From Octopus bimaculoides (taxonomy: Eukaryota): a stretch of DNA of 56,402 bases. The translations under genes and the position numbers were made by a program. Positions 11,599 through 24,389 of this stretch are shown here, in pieces; position 1 is the first letter of the stretch, and the number at the start of each line of letters is the position of its first letter. Location of the stretch: assembly GCF_001194135.2 (NCBI RefSeq), contig NC_068983.1, positions 138,667,429 to 138,723,830 on the forward strand, read 5' to 3'. The notes below the pieces were generated by a model. That model ran no database searches, was not told the DNA's origin, and worked only from the letters and a program-made list of their open reading frames with translations.

Positions 11599-11719
11599 TT
11601 TGCAAAATAATTCTTCGCTGGTGTCCCTTGAAAGACACTTTTAGCACAACGTCTTTTGTGACAACAAAACGGATTATATCATAAAATTTGATGTCAGATG
11701 GAATCTATTTCAACATAAG
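11599..11719 (+). repeat. Dispersed repeat of about 115 bp, copy 2 (see 3232-3345)
   Basis: Colinear match to copy 1 with substitutions and one small indel. Confidence 0.85.
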
Positions 11720-13939
11720 CATAAAGTGCCAATGAGATATACCATTAACTCTGTCATGTACGCCATTATCAAAACCTCAACAATGTTGCGTAGCAAGTTA
11801 TCGTCATACTAACTGTGAAATAAAAGTTAATATATCTGTCCCAGTTTCTTACGATGTGGAGTAACATTGTTCGAATTAGCTCTTACGCTTAGGAGAACGT
11901 CGGGAATATTTGAAAGAAAACATAATGGATTTTTTCAGGTAAGAAAAATGCATCTATCGAATCCCTTTTTATAATGGGGATGGTGATATCTACCAACAAA
12001 GAATGCTGTTATTTTTGTAGGTAATTACCGTTGTAGGAAAATTATATCGTACGTTGATTGAATATCCAACAATTAAGCATGAGTGCAGCTGATAATGTTG
12101 CTATATGGATATGTGTATATTTCTGCTAGATAAAATACCTATCAAATTAAATATAACAATTGTTAGTTCTTGTTGGTCACATTTACAAATGCAAACAATG
12201 TAACAAAAGGGTTGCATAACATATGGAGCTGTACACACACATACAGACATGCATACACTTATACAAACACAGGCTCATATATGTGTGCATACATGCTATG
12301 TGTCAATGATCATGTGATATAGTGAATAAATGTAATAAAATTCATGAAGACAAATTAAAACTTATTTTTTTCTGTACAAAACAAAAAATAACAACATATT
12401 TAACATCAAGTGATAAACTGCCGCATACGTAGACTTAGTTCAACCTACAATTCTGATCATCTTCCGTGGCGGCCTAGATATGTTGACTTTTACTTCAATT
12501 GGCCCCTGAATTTTAGCAGCTTGTAGAATATTAAAGTTTTATTTGCTAATTAATTTATCATAAATGCTTTCTATTTGTTATTACCTATCTGCTTCTCAGT
12601 GATCATAGTATTTCTCTTGTTTATACATGTATCGTTTTACAAGTCCAGTTTATTTTTGTTTATGGCTCTGAAAACTGTGAATGACTGGAACTACAGAAGG
12701 ATGTGCTTGTCTTCCCCTGTCGTACATGCTCTTACTCCTGATCCACTCTGTGTTCCTCCTTCTCATGGCTTATAATTCCCCTATCATTTTTCCCGCGTCT
12801 TTCTTCAACCCTGTCCACTTAATCACTACAAAAACATATGGCGATATTGTTTCTGCTGTTGGCACGTAGGTCTTGTATTATGGGAGACAAACCCTTACCT
12901 TCTTAATCGCTATTGTCTCCTAAGTTTCGGTTAATTCTGTTGGTTCCAGCTCACATGCCTATCACCTCTGAACATTTTTTTTCCTGCTGTCTTCTGATTC
13001 TCTGTTTATTCTCATATTACTTGTTACTCTTGAACAGAAAAAATTTAAGCGGATTTGCTTCATGCGTGTATCAACTGAATTATGTTTCTCTCTTGAATGG
13101 AGACCGCCTCTACTTATTTTCTCGACCTGCTTGAAATATTTAGTACGTCTCACTCAAACTACATCCTGGCTGTTTCGTAAGAGGTCAGTTTGGATTTGTA
13201 GCAAATATAAAAGAAGATATAATTGGACAGTGCGGGTTAGTCATAACTATTTTTAATCGCAGCGGACAAGGTGATACGCAATAGCAAACTTGACATCATA
13301 CAGTCAAAGTTGTCCGACAGCAAAATAGTCTTGTGATTACTTGATATCCATGAGACCTACGTATCAACATATTACTGCGGTTCATATCCAGCTGCATCAC
13401 TTAGCTTACTCAGTAAACTATAATCTACTGGATTTGAGCTCATACGCTTGAAGGAAAATATGTTTATATAATTGAATGTACGTTGTAGATTGCTTTCAAT
13501 TATTTTTCCTCATATTAAATATGCAACCTATATAATGCATATTTCACCTGCCTCCTTCAATTCACTACTTCTTGCTATGTTAATACTTATAGTAATGTTG
13601 ATGATATATTCATTATCATGCTTATTGTTATTGACGAGTTCTGTTTGCTTCTCGTGTGTAGAATGGCTGCTGCATTTTAGCTATATTTCAATAAAGCAAA
13701 CTGGTATGTAAATTAATCACGAAAGATTGAAAAGGTTTATTAAAAAAATAAAGACTTGAAGTAGGCACTTCAAAATTCCGCAGAATTATTCATTGATGGA
13801 CATTTCAAATACAGTTTTAAAGTAGATGAGTGAATGCAGTCAGGATTTCCATAGCTACTGAGTGTTGTGATTTGTTTTCATGAATGGCATCATGCTTGTT
13901 ACTTCTCTTTTTTTGATGTTGCTTTTGCAGCTATATTCA

Positions 13940-14120
13940 TAGTAGCAGTAGTCATCATCATCATCATCATCATCGTCGTCGTCGTCGTCGTCATCGTCAT
14001 CATCGTCATCGTCATCATCATCATCATCATCATCACCACCACCACCACAACCACCACCGCCGTCGTCTTCTTCTTTTCTTCTTCTTCTTCTTCTTCTTCT
14101 TCTTCTTCTTCTTCTTCTCG
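13940..14120. repeat. Compound trinucleotide array (CAT/CGT/CAC/CTT)
   Basis: Direct reading. Confidence 0.95.
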
Positions 14121-14595
14121 TCTTCTGTTTCTCTTCTCAATTCTCCTTCTGGTTATCTTTTTCTCCTCTTTTCCTACTTTTTGTCCAGAACGAATTTTAG
14201 GATAATAGTGAGAACAAAATTTTAATCATCAACAATTCTTTTTTCCATCCTCAGAATTGCAATTGTAAACCTTGTTCACCCTTTGCTGCTTTAATCATGT
14301 GCTGCAGCTACTTGACGCCATTTTCGCGCCTGATTATAATCCTTAAGGCAGAGTGCCAACGAAGGAGTCACTGCGTAATTGTGTGACTACTCCAAATAGC
14401 GCACAGATATGCCTCAACTCTCACTCCTAAAATGAGAGGCTACTTACAGCTTAAATTCCTTTTATCATGGGTTTGTTGGACAATGATTGATTTAAGGTTA
14501 AAGAAGATAAGAAGCTGTAAGCACGCGTTTCTTTTCCTGTTTCTTTACTGCGAAGACATCATCACCGACACTGAATTCCTATAATCCCTTCCATT

Positions 14596-14650
14596 CTTCT
14601 TCTTCTTCTTCTTCTTCTTCTTCTTCTTCTTCTTCTTCTTCTTCATCATC
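14596..14650. repeat. (CTT)n microsatellite
   Basis: Direct reading. Confidence 0.95.
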
Positions 14651-15571
14651 ATTAATCATTTCTTCACAGAGCACTTTCTCTTCACCTCATATATATATAT
14701 ATATANNNNNNNNNNNNNNNNNNNNNNNNNNNNNNNNNNNNNNNNNNNNNNNNNNNNNNNNNNNNNNNNNNNNNNNNNNNNNNNNNNNNNNNNNNNNNNN
14801 NNNNNNNNNNNNNNNNNNNNNNNNNNNNNNNNNNNNNNNNNNNNNNNNNNNNNNNNNNNNNNNNNNNNNNNNNNNNNNNNNNNNNNNNNNNNNNNNNNNN
14901 NNNNNNNNNNNNNNNNNNNNNNNNNNNNNNNNNNNNNNNNNNNNNNNNNNNNNNNNNNNNNNNNNNNNNNNNNNNNNNNNNNNNNNNNNNNNNNNNNNNN
15001 NNNNNNNNNNNNNNNNNNNNNNNNNNNNNNNNNNNNNNNNNNNNNNNNNNNNNNNNNNNNNNNNNNNNNNNNNNNNNNNNNNNNNNNNNNNNNNNNNNNN
15101 NNNNNNNNNNNNNNNNNNNNNNNNNNNNNNNNNNNNNNNNNNNNNNNNNNNNNNNNNNNNNNNNNNNNNNNNNNNNNNNNNNNNNNNNNNNNNNNNNNNN
15201 NNNNNNNNNNNNNNNNNNNNNNNNNNNNNNNNNNNNNNNNNNNNNNNNNNNNNNNNNNNNNNNNNNNNNNNNNNNNNNNNNNNNNNNNNNNNNNNNNNNN
15301 NNNNNNNNNNNNNNNNNNNNNNNNNNNNNNNNNNNNNNNNNNNNNNNNNNNNNNNNNNNNNNNNNNNNNNNNNNNNNNNNNNNNNNNNNNNNNNNNNNNN
15401 NNNNNNNNNNNNNNNNNNNNNNNNNNNNNNNNNNNNNNNNNNNNNNNNNNNNNNNNNNNNNNNNNNNNNNNNNNNNNNNNNNNNNNNNNNNNNNNNNNNN
15501 NNNNNNNNNNNNNNNNNNNNNNNNNNNNNNNNNNNNNNNNNNNNNNNNNNNNNNNNNNNNNNNNNNNNNAT

Positions 15572-15603
<32 letters not shown>

Positions 15604-16089
15604 CTTTGAATGTAAGAGAATATATGTATGCATGAGTGTGTGTGTGCGTATGTATATATGTGTGTGTGTGCGGGTGTATTATTAAAGCATATTATCAAGT
15701 TAAATATTTTACCTCTGCCTCACTAATCTTTCATTGATAATCCCTTCACTGTAACACATCACAAGATAGTATCAAAAATAATGTTGTAGTGGGTATTCAG
15801 TTACTACCTTTTGTTTTCATCAATGGAATGATACTTTCTTTCTCTTTTTCATGGTGTTGTTGATGCTGCTATAGTAATGGTAGCACACAAATACATGCAT
15901 GTGCATAGAATATAAACCATTAATCATCGGCACTCTCCGGATGGAGAGAGATTTTGTGAAAAATTCTCCACATGTTCTTGACGCGACCAGACTTTTTCCA
16001 TGTTCATCTAATTTCCTTTTCCAACATCTCTCATCAATTCTCTTATTCATCAAATTTTCTCAGTTTGCCTTCACTCACCGTTGGTCGCT

Positions 16090-16172
16090 GTTACTGCTGC
16101 TGCTTTTGTTGTTGTTGATGTTGATCTTGTTGTTGTTGTTGCTGTTGTTGTTGATCTTCTTCTTCTTCCTCT

Positions 16173-16204
<32 letters not shown>

Positions 16205-16360
16205 TTCTTCTTTTACTTCTTTTTCTTTTTCTTCTTCTTCGTCTTCCTCTTCTTCTTTTACTTCTGTTTATTCTTTTTCTTTGTGTTGTTGCTGTTGTTC
16301 TTCTTCTTCCTCTTTTTCTTCTTCTTCTTCCTCTTTTTCTTCTTCTTCTTCTTCCTCTTC

Positions 16361-16392
<32 letters not shown>

Positions 16393-16600
16393 CTTCTTCC
16401 TCGTCTTGTTCTTCTTCCTCTTCTTCTTTTTCTTCTTCTTCTTCTTCTTCTTCTTCTTCTTCTTTCTATTCTTTTTCTTCTTCTTCTTCTTCTTCTTCTT
16501 CTTTTTCTTTTACTTCCACTTCTTCTTTTACTTCTTTTCTTCTTCTTCTTCTTCTTCTTCTTCTTCTTCTTCTTCTTCGTTGTCGACGTCGTCCACCACC
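16090..16600. repeat. Long degenerate (GTT)n/(CTT)n low-complexity array
   Basis: About 500 bp of CTT/CCT/TTT/GTT units; source of the poly-L, -F, -S and -R ORFs. Confidence 0.95.
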
Positions 16601-17728
16601 TCATCCTTCCTTGCGGCTCATGCATTAACAAGTGTTGAGAATAGGAAAAGACTTCTATCTGCAGAGCATTAATACAAAATAAAAATTCATATTGCTGGTC
16701 AGTCACTGGTTACGGCCTTTTGCTTCAATAACTGAGAGTCGATGAGTTTATTCTTTGTCGGAATACTTACTTTGCCGTCATAAATGAAAAACAACTTTAG
16801 AACTGATGTATTTACACAAAATTTCCATCATTCTTTTTCTCCGATCGTCGTGAGATATCGTATTTAAAGATGTGCAAATATTCACAGAATGGTTTCAAAC
16901 AAGGAAAATATCAGTGTAAGGTCACTGACAGAAGATTTAAATAGTTACAAACACCTCATATATGATGACATAAACATATGGCTCTTAATGTGCAACGTAA
17001 TATATAATGTAATCGTACAAAAAGAGAAAAAAAAAAAAGAAATCGAGCGACATTTGGAAATATATACGGGATATTAGCATCTTTCTTATAAACCATTAGC
17101 TTACTAAATATATGAATATTTCTTGGGAATGATAGAATTTCTTTTTAGGAATATTTCAGTTGGGCGAGGTATGTAGTTAATGAAGGAAAATGTACTATAT
17201 CCAAGAATATGAATAATGACATCTTAGATGCTAACGCTTGGCAAGAAAGAACGCGATCGATCGCAAAGTAGGAACATGTACGGAAAATATTTTTGTATTT
17301 AGATACGAATTCCACTCCAAGTTATCACAAGCTATGTAAAACATAGCAGAAATAGCAGTAAATTTTTCCTCATGCATTTTCCTCTTAGAAAAAAAAAACA
17401 AAAATACAAAATCAAAACAAAAACAAGAAGAAAGGAATAAGCTCCGCTTAAACAACTCTACTCAAAAGTATGATCAGTTAAGGCTGACATCAAAATGAAC
17501 AGCAATGAAACAGCAATTTTCCAAATAACAATTTTCGTAGAAAATGAATACAAAGTACGACTTAGATAAAGCAGTTTATGTAATATTGTAATACTTTCTA
17601 CAGTGTCTTGTGCCTTGCAGACATTTTTCAAATTAAGAAGACAGGATTCTTCTAAACGTGACTTGCTTAAGATACATAGGCATATATAATACTATTTCGT
17701 ACAAAAAAAATGAATATATATATATATC

Positions 17729-18116
17729 GTTGTTGTTGTTGGCACTCCGTCGCGTACGACGTTGAGGGTTCCAGTTGATCCGATCAACGGAACAACATGC
17801 TCGTAAAATTAACGTGCAAGTGGCTGAGCACTCCACAGACACGTGTACCCTTAACGTAGTTCTCGGGGATGTTCAGCGTGACACAGTGTGACAAGGGTGA
17901 CCCTTTGAATTACAGGCACAACAGAAACAGGAAGTAAGAGTGAGAGAAAGTTCTGGTGAAAGAGTACAGCAGGGTTCGCCACCATCCTCTGCCGGAGCCT
18001 CATGGAGCTTTATGTGTTTTCACTCAATAAACACTCACAACGCCCGGTCTGGGAATCGAAACCGCGATTCTATGACCGCGAGTCCGCTGCCCTAACCACT
18101 GGGCCATTGCGCCTCC
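17729..18116 (-). mobile_element. tRNA-derived SINE, family A (about 390 bp, full length)
   Basis: Minus strand starts GGAGGCGCAATGGCCCAGTGGTTAGGGCAGCGGACTCGCGGTCATAGAATCGCGGTTTCGATTCCC (A and B boxes) and ends GGAGTGCCAACAACAACAAC; closely similar to 30347-30730. Confidence 0.92.
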
Positions 18117-18139
18117 GACTTGTTTGGGTATGCTTATAT

Positions 18140-18253
18140 ATATTTGCCAAGGGATGTCTTTTGCATCGAAGGTCGGCGATTGTCGTACGCTGAAGAAGGG
18201 AAATAACCCTGAAACTCGAGTACGTACGTATCGTAGGTCAAGATGGGAAAGAT
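18140..18253 (+). ncRNA. Type-I hammerhead ribozyme with intact core and extended stem I (truncated by a gap)
   Basis: Stem I CGTACG 18184-18189/18223-18228; CTGAAGA 18190-18196; stem II AGGG/CCCT; GAAA 18211-18214; palindromic stem III ACTCGAGT 18214-18221; GUA cleavage triplet ending at 18222. Confidence 0.85.
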
Positions 18254-18569
18254 NNNNNNNNNNNNNNNNNNNNNNNNNNNNNNNNNNNNNNNNNNNNNNN
18301 NNNNNNNNNNNNNNNNNNNNNNNNNNNNNNNNNNNNNNNNNNNNNNNNNNNNNNNNNNNNNNNNNNNNNNNNNNNNNNNNNNNNNNNNNNNNNNNNNNNN
18401 NNNNNNNNNNNNNNNNNNNNNNNNNNNNNNNNNNNNNNNNNNNNNNNNNNNNNNNNNNNNNNNNNNNNNNNNNNNNNNNNNNNNNNNNNNNNNNNNNNNN
18501 NNNNNNNNNNNNNNNNNNNNNNNNNNNNNNNNNNNNNNNNNNNNNNNNNNNNNNNNNNNCCTACATTTT

Positions 18570-19910
18570 TACGGAAAAGAATCTAATTTTTGATTGGTTA
18601 TAATTTTGCTTGTAGGTTTAGTGATGTCACTCTATTTTGATCAAAAATATTTTGTCCAAAACGGAAAATATTTTTGTTTTGGCAAAGTTCAGCGTGCTGC
18701 CTGATTGACCTGGTATAGACTCGGTAACTCGTTTTTGTCTGATGGTCATCTAGAGTTCCGTTAGTTGTTTTCCTCAGGAAGTCATTATTTGTTTATTTCT
18801 TTTCTGAGCGTCCGGTTCTGACTACAGAAAAATTTCATTAGTTTTTTTCTGAGGTGACTTCAGTGTCTGGTGTTTGAGAAAGTGTATAGTAATTTAGAGT
18901 TGGGGTTTCGAATCCCGGAGAAGTCTGTTACCTAAACGTTTCGAATAATATCTGTTGTCTCGTAGGTTTTTGTGGAAATATTGGGTTTTCTCTTTTAGGT
19001 GTGTTATACTTGGATATTGATGTGCAATTTTATTTTTTAACGATTATGGATGGTTTCTTTATTCAATCAGAATTGAGTGTAAATGATTCTGGTTCATTGA
19101 CAGGACGGGAAAATCTGGTATTTCGGATTTATGACTTCAGGACATTGATCCCGTTTGCTTACGGGAATTTTCCTGTTCGTGGGCCACGGATCTGTTATAT
19201 AGGTCAAGCTACTTTGATCTATGTAGTTCCTACCACACCAATCACATTTGAGAACATAAATTAAGTTCTTCGATGCACATGTAGTCATTTTTTTATGGTG
19301 AATATTTGACCTGATTTGAATTCATATGTTGAACCTTCCATAGATTGATGCAAGTACTCTAGTTTAAGCGGTTACACTTTTTTACTGGTGGGGTTGTATT
19401 TTTGGTGGATAGATTCGTGCTGTTAAGTAAAGTTTTGGGGGATTTGGAATGACTTTTATGTGTTTCGAGAGCTGTTTTAATTGGCAGGTCGCTCAGTAGG
19501 AGGGGTATATTCTGATGGAAGATTTTGTATGCATCTATGTTCTTTGGATAGTGTGTTGATAGGTAAGACAAAAGATTTTAGTGTGTGACTGGGTTTTCTT
19601 GTTTTACGTAAATCTTGGATGTCTTTCGTCATTGTAGTTTCTAATTCTATTTCAATTAAACACTTGAACATTTCAGCGTTACAACATGTTTGTCCAATTT
19701 TTACCTTGTAGATTTAAACTTTCCAAAAACCTTTATTTATATATTTGTACAATTGATAAGCAAAAACATCGTCGGAACTAGTGTGGTATGTGAATAAATC
19801 TACAAAATTTAAAAACGACTACGCGTTTTTAGATTCAGGTGCATTTTCAAACCCTAAAGCAAACAGGTATATATTCTTTTCTGCATGAGAATACAATTCT
19901 TATTTCTATA
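18570..19910 (-). mobile_element. Penelope-like element, RT thumb to GIY-YIG region and 3' flank, frameshifted
   Basis: Minus strand gives FSCRKEYIPVCFRV (S.HP..NIP..L.R-like), LIEIELET..KDIQDLRK, KCNR..STC..EGSTYEFKSGQIFTIK and MTTCASKNLIYVLKCDWCGRNYIDQ (TC.S.N.IY...C..C...YIGQT). The boundary toward the gap is approximate. Confidence 0.82.
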
Positions 19911-19911
19911 T

Positions 19912-19965
<54 letters not shown>

Positions 19966-20433
19966 NNNNNNNNNNNNNNNNNNNNNNNNNNNNNNNNNNN
20001 NNNNNNNNNNNNNNNNNNNNNNNNNNNNNNNNNNNNNNNNNNNNNNNNNNNNNNNNNNNNNNNNNNNNNNNNNNNNNNNNNNNNNNNNNNNNNNNNNNNN
20101 NNNNNNNNNNNNNNNNNNNNNNNNNNNNNNNNNNNNNNNNNNNNNNNNNNNNNNNNNNNNNNNNNNNNNNNNNNNNNNNNNNNNNNNNNNNNNNNNNNNN
20201 NNNNNNNNNNNNNNNNNNNNNNNNNNNNNNNNNNNNNNNNNNNNNNNNNNNNNNNNNNNNNNNNNNNNNNNNNNNNNNNNNNNNNNNNNNNNNNNNNNNN
20301 NNNNNNNNNNNNNNNNNNNNNNNNNNNNNNNNNNNNNNNNNNNNNNNNNNNNNNNNNNNNNNNNNNNNNNNNNNNNNNNNNNNNNNNNNNNNNNNNNNNN
20401 NNNNNNNNNNNNNNNNNNNNNNNNNNNNNNNNN

Positions 20434-20480
<47 letters not shown>

Positions 20481-21029
20481 AATAAATGTATCTCTAACAT
20501 TAGTAAGTAGTACGCTCTTTTGTGTGATAATAGGAAACCGAAATAAGTTTTTATATCAATATATTCAAATTTACGGGTCAGTTCATAGTTATCTAAAATT
20601 TTCTATGGATATACAAGACATTTTTTAAGAACTGCTTTCAGATTCATTAGTCAACTGCGCCAAAATATAATTTCACTGTTCGTGTATAAATATATGCGAT
20701 ATATATAAATTATAGCGGAGGACATTTCGTACACTGAATTTTGAAATACGTGATTTTGGTTTGTGACAAAGGATGTTTTTATGGCGCCATAATAATGAAA
20801 GCTTTGGCACATTTTTTCAAACACAATGTTTTCTTTTGTATCCACATGTTAAATACGAGATAACTAAAACGCATTGAATATTCGAATATTTTCTAATTTA
20901 AATATTATTCTTTCTCTATAATGGCTTTCAATATTCAAATTGAACCTTAGGTTTCAGAAGTTGTTTTGTTAAGTATTCAATATTTACGATCTAAATTATG
21001 GCGGAACTGAATTGCGATGTATCTTTTGA

Positions 21030-21088
21030 TTCTATCTATCTATAAACGCACACATACACACACACACACACACATGTATGTATATATA

Positions 21089-21135
<47 letters not shown>

Positions 21136-21218
21136 AGCGTGCACACATACATTCATACATACACACATACATACATACATACATACATACATACATACAT
21201 AAATGCATATATATATAT

Positions 21219-21261
<43 letters not shown>

Positions 21262-21330
21262 CATATATATGTATGTATAGACACAAACATATGGTACATA
21301 TATATAACTATATCTATCTCTTAATGTATA
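21030..21330. repeat. Compound CA/TA/TACA microsatellite
   Basis: Direct reading. Confidence 0.95.
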
Positions 21331-21482
21331 TACGTGTATGTTTGTGTGCCTATAATGAGAGACTAGGAGAAAGAGTGAGAAAAAGAAAAAGAGAGACAGA
21401 GTATACATATATTTATACATGCTTCGAACAAGAATTTTCCCTGTGTACTGAGGAGAAAAATATATAGTGTGAGAGCAGAAAA

Positions 21483-21602
<120 letters not shown>

Positions 21603-22138
21603 GTAACTAACGTATTTTGATATTAAGCCCATTATACGAAAGAGATGATTTAGATAGCATTTTCATATTCTACAACATATATCTGGATTCTATATCTAAG
21701 GTGACTCTATCTATAAATGTTATATCTTTCTTCCACATTTGACAGAATCCATGAGAAATGCAATGTTTGCGATTTATGGGTAAAATACTGCTTGAATATC
21801 TAATGCCGGGTAGCATAGAAACGCATGGTCTACGTGTGTGTGTTTACGTGCGTCTCTGCGTGTAAGAGTGCACGTTTGTATGCGCGTGCACGTGCGTTTG
21901 TTTTATATTATATATACAGTATAGAAACACATATACACCAATACATTTAAATATACGTACCTAGACACATACATGCCAGTATACAAATTCACACACGCAC
22001 ATATGTTTTCTCATCAGTATTGATTACGTTTTTCCTCTTTCCCCTTGTGTTTATATAGGGAAACACATAAGTATATAGAAAGATAGATAGTTACATACAC
22101 ACATACATACGTGCATATATATGTATGTGTGTGTATAC

Positions 22139-22196
<58 letters not shown>

Positions 22197-22272
22197 ATGC
22201 GAACGTTTGTATGTACATGCATATAAATAGATAGGTTTATACATAAAAGTGTATACATAGAAAGATAGACAG

Positions 22273-22305
<33 letters not shown>

Positions 22306-22460
22306 NNNNNNNNNNNNNNNNNNNNNNNNNNNNNNNNNNNNNNNNNNNNNNNNNNNNNNNNNNNNNNNNNNNNNNNNNNNNNNNNNNNNNNNNNNNNNNN
22401 NNNNNNNNNNNNNNNNNNNNNTGTGTGTGTGCTTGTATAAATTTAAATATGTGTACGTGT

Positions 22461-22500
<40 letters not shown>

Positions 22501-22969
22501 ATATGCCTCCCTGTGTGTACGTTACGTACCATTATAAACAAGAGTACTGCGTATTTTTCCCATTGCTACACGAAAGTATGACAAAGATATATGTAAATGT
22601 AAAGTTCCCATTAAATCTAATATAAATGTTTCTGTATTTTTACCGTTATTTTAGTTTTATCTTTTCAGAGAATTTCCATTTTTATGCACGAAAATATATT
22701 CTACGTATCTCATCCATTAAACCTTGCACATACATTACAATCCATATAATATGATGTATTCATAAAGAAAGACAAACACACACACACACACACACATACA
22801 CATACACACAGAGACTTACATACAAAACCCAAACAAATATGGGAATTTACGCTTTTGAAATGCACAAATACAAGGTGGGATTAGATATATCTACTTATTT
22901 TAGCATTTGCATAGGTACATCCCTCAGGATTACACTCCTCTGTTTTATTGATTCGTTTACGTGGATTTC

Positions 22970-23188
22970 TACAGACATACATATATCCATCCATCCATAC
23001 ATACATACATACATACATACACACATATATACATGCATAAATCCATACATAACCACACACACACACATACATATGTATATACGCATATATGTATGTGCAT
23101 ATATATAGTTGTATATATATATATATATACATACATATATATATATATATTTATACACACACAGACACACACACACACACACACGCAC

Positions 23189-23250
<62 letters not shown>

Positions 23251-23260
23251 CAAAATGCAT
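22970..23260. repeat. Compound TACA/CA/TA microsatellite
   Basis: Direct reading. Confidence 0.95.
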
Positions 23261-24389
23261 GTATATACGTGTATTTGTGAGTGTATGTGTGCGTTTATGT
23301 ATGTGCATTGTCAATTTCTGCTTTATACATAACAATTGCCTCCCTATATTCCTCTATATTATTTTCCCTATAGAACACCACCATGCTTGAATAACAACAG
23401 AGACGTATTTACTGTTTTAATCCACTGAAATTTCATTGATATTAAGAAAAAAAGACATGACTCTTAAATTTTATTTGTGCGTAATGTTATAAGTGTACAT
23501 AACATTACGCATGGCCAACACATTTATATACCTAGTATTGTGCACACACACATCACACATACAAAGTTATTACAATGAATACGGAGATTGATAACGTCTG
23601 CATATATTTTTTGTACAGTCAATTATACGGCATATTTAGTTTAAATTTGTCCATCGCGTGTTTCTGCTGCATAGAAAGCTACCAGTTGTATTTGCTACCA
23701 ACTATTTTCGACTTGAATAACAGTCGATTGAAAAACCATCCACCGATGTAGTCCGCAACAAACTAAGTGTATTTTTGGCTTGGTTAACATTATTTTGCTA
23801 GATTACTATAGTTTTTGAGAGAATAGAATGTGGCGGAGAGATTTAGAAACTTGATATGGCTATACAATCTACTATATGGTTGACATCATCCCGACCTTAG
23901 GATGAAGATCGAAATGAGAATACTGGACCGAGTTGGTTAAAGTGTATTTTTTCAACCCTGGGTGGACTTTGGGCTTGTGATCTTACGATATTGTGTACGA
24001 CTACAGGCTATGAGATAAAATTAAATATATGACGTTTGAAGAAATAAATTATGAGGCCAACTCGACATTTTCTTTGTATAAAGCCAGATTTGATTTGTTG
24101 TGTCGACGCCCCCAAGCGAAGAAGTAGGATCGCCCAAGACATATAAATGGAGGTAGTCTAGCCGTGATAGAGGAGTTGAGTAGCTCTTGGGTAGCAATCG
24201 AGTAGAGATCATCCGGAGGTGCTAGATAGCAGTAGCTTGAGACATAACAAGATTATATGAACTTTCGCCATCCTATATGTGTTGAAACAATTTTCAAAAT
24301 ATGTAGTTATACTTGTGGATACTGGAGAACTGGATTGAAAGGTTTTGGTCGACGAAATCGAAGCAGGGAGTTATTTGTTAAGCCTAATA

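Noticed and set aside
11845-11938. AG...GTAAGA-bounded 94-nt open segment (FLRCGVTLFELALTLRRTSGIFERKHNGFFQ)
   Set aside because: No recognisable homology, its phase does not match the 9732 candidate exon, and such signals arise by chance in AT-rich DNA.
12540-13480. Unique-looking stretch with many short ORFs
   Set aside because: I could not recognise any protein or TE motif in six frames.
14210-14580. CpG-containing island with CGCCATTTT (YY1-like) at 14316-14324 and splice-like signals
   Set aside because: A single short motif is not enough to call a promoter or exon.
16071-16706. 211-aa Arg/Lys-rich minus-strand ORF with acceptor and donor-like ends
   Set aside because: Almost entirely the GAA repeat array; the alternative poly-Glu frame contains stops.
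18810-18850. CTAATGA...GAACCGGAC on the minus strand as a Penelope hammerhead
   Set aside because: The core is altered at several positions and there is no convincing stem II.
20500-20850. Possible upstream RT part of the 18.6-19.9 kb Penelope
   Set aside because: The position fits, but I could not identify catalytic motifs.
23740-24330. Possible old LINE remnant
   Set aside because: No diagnostic motif found.
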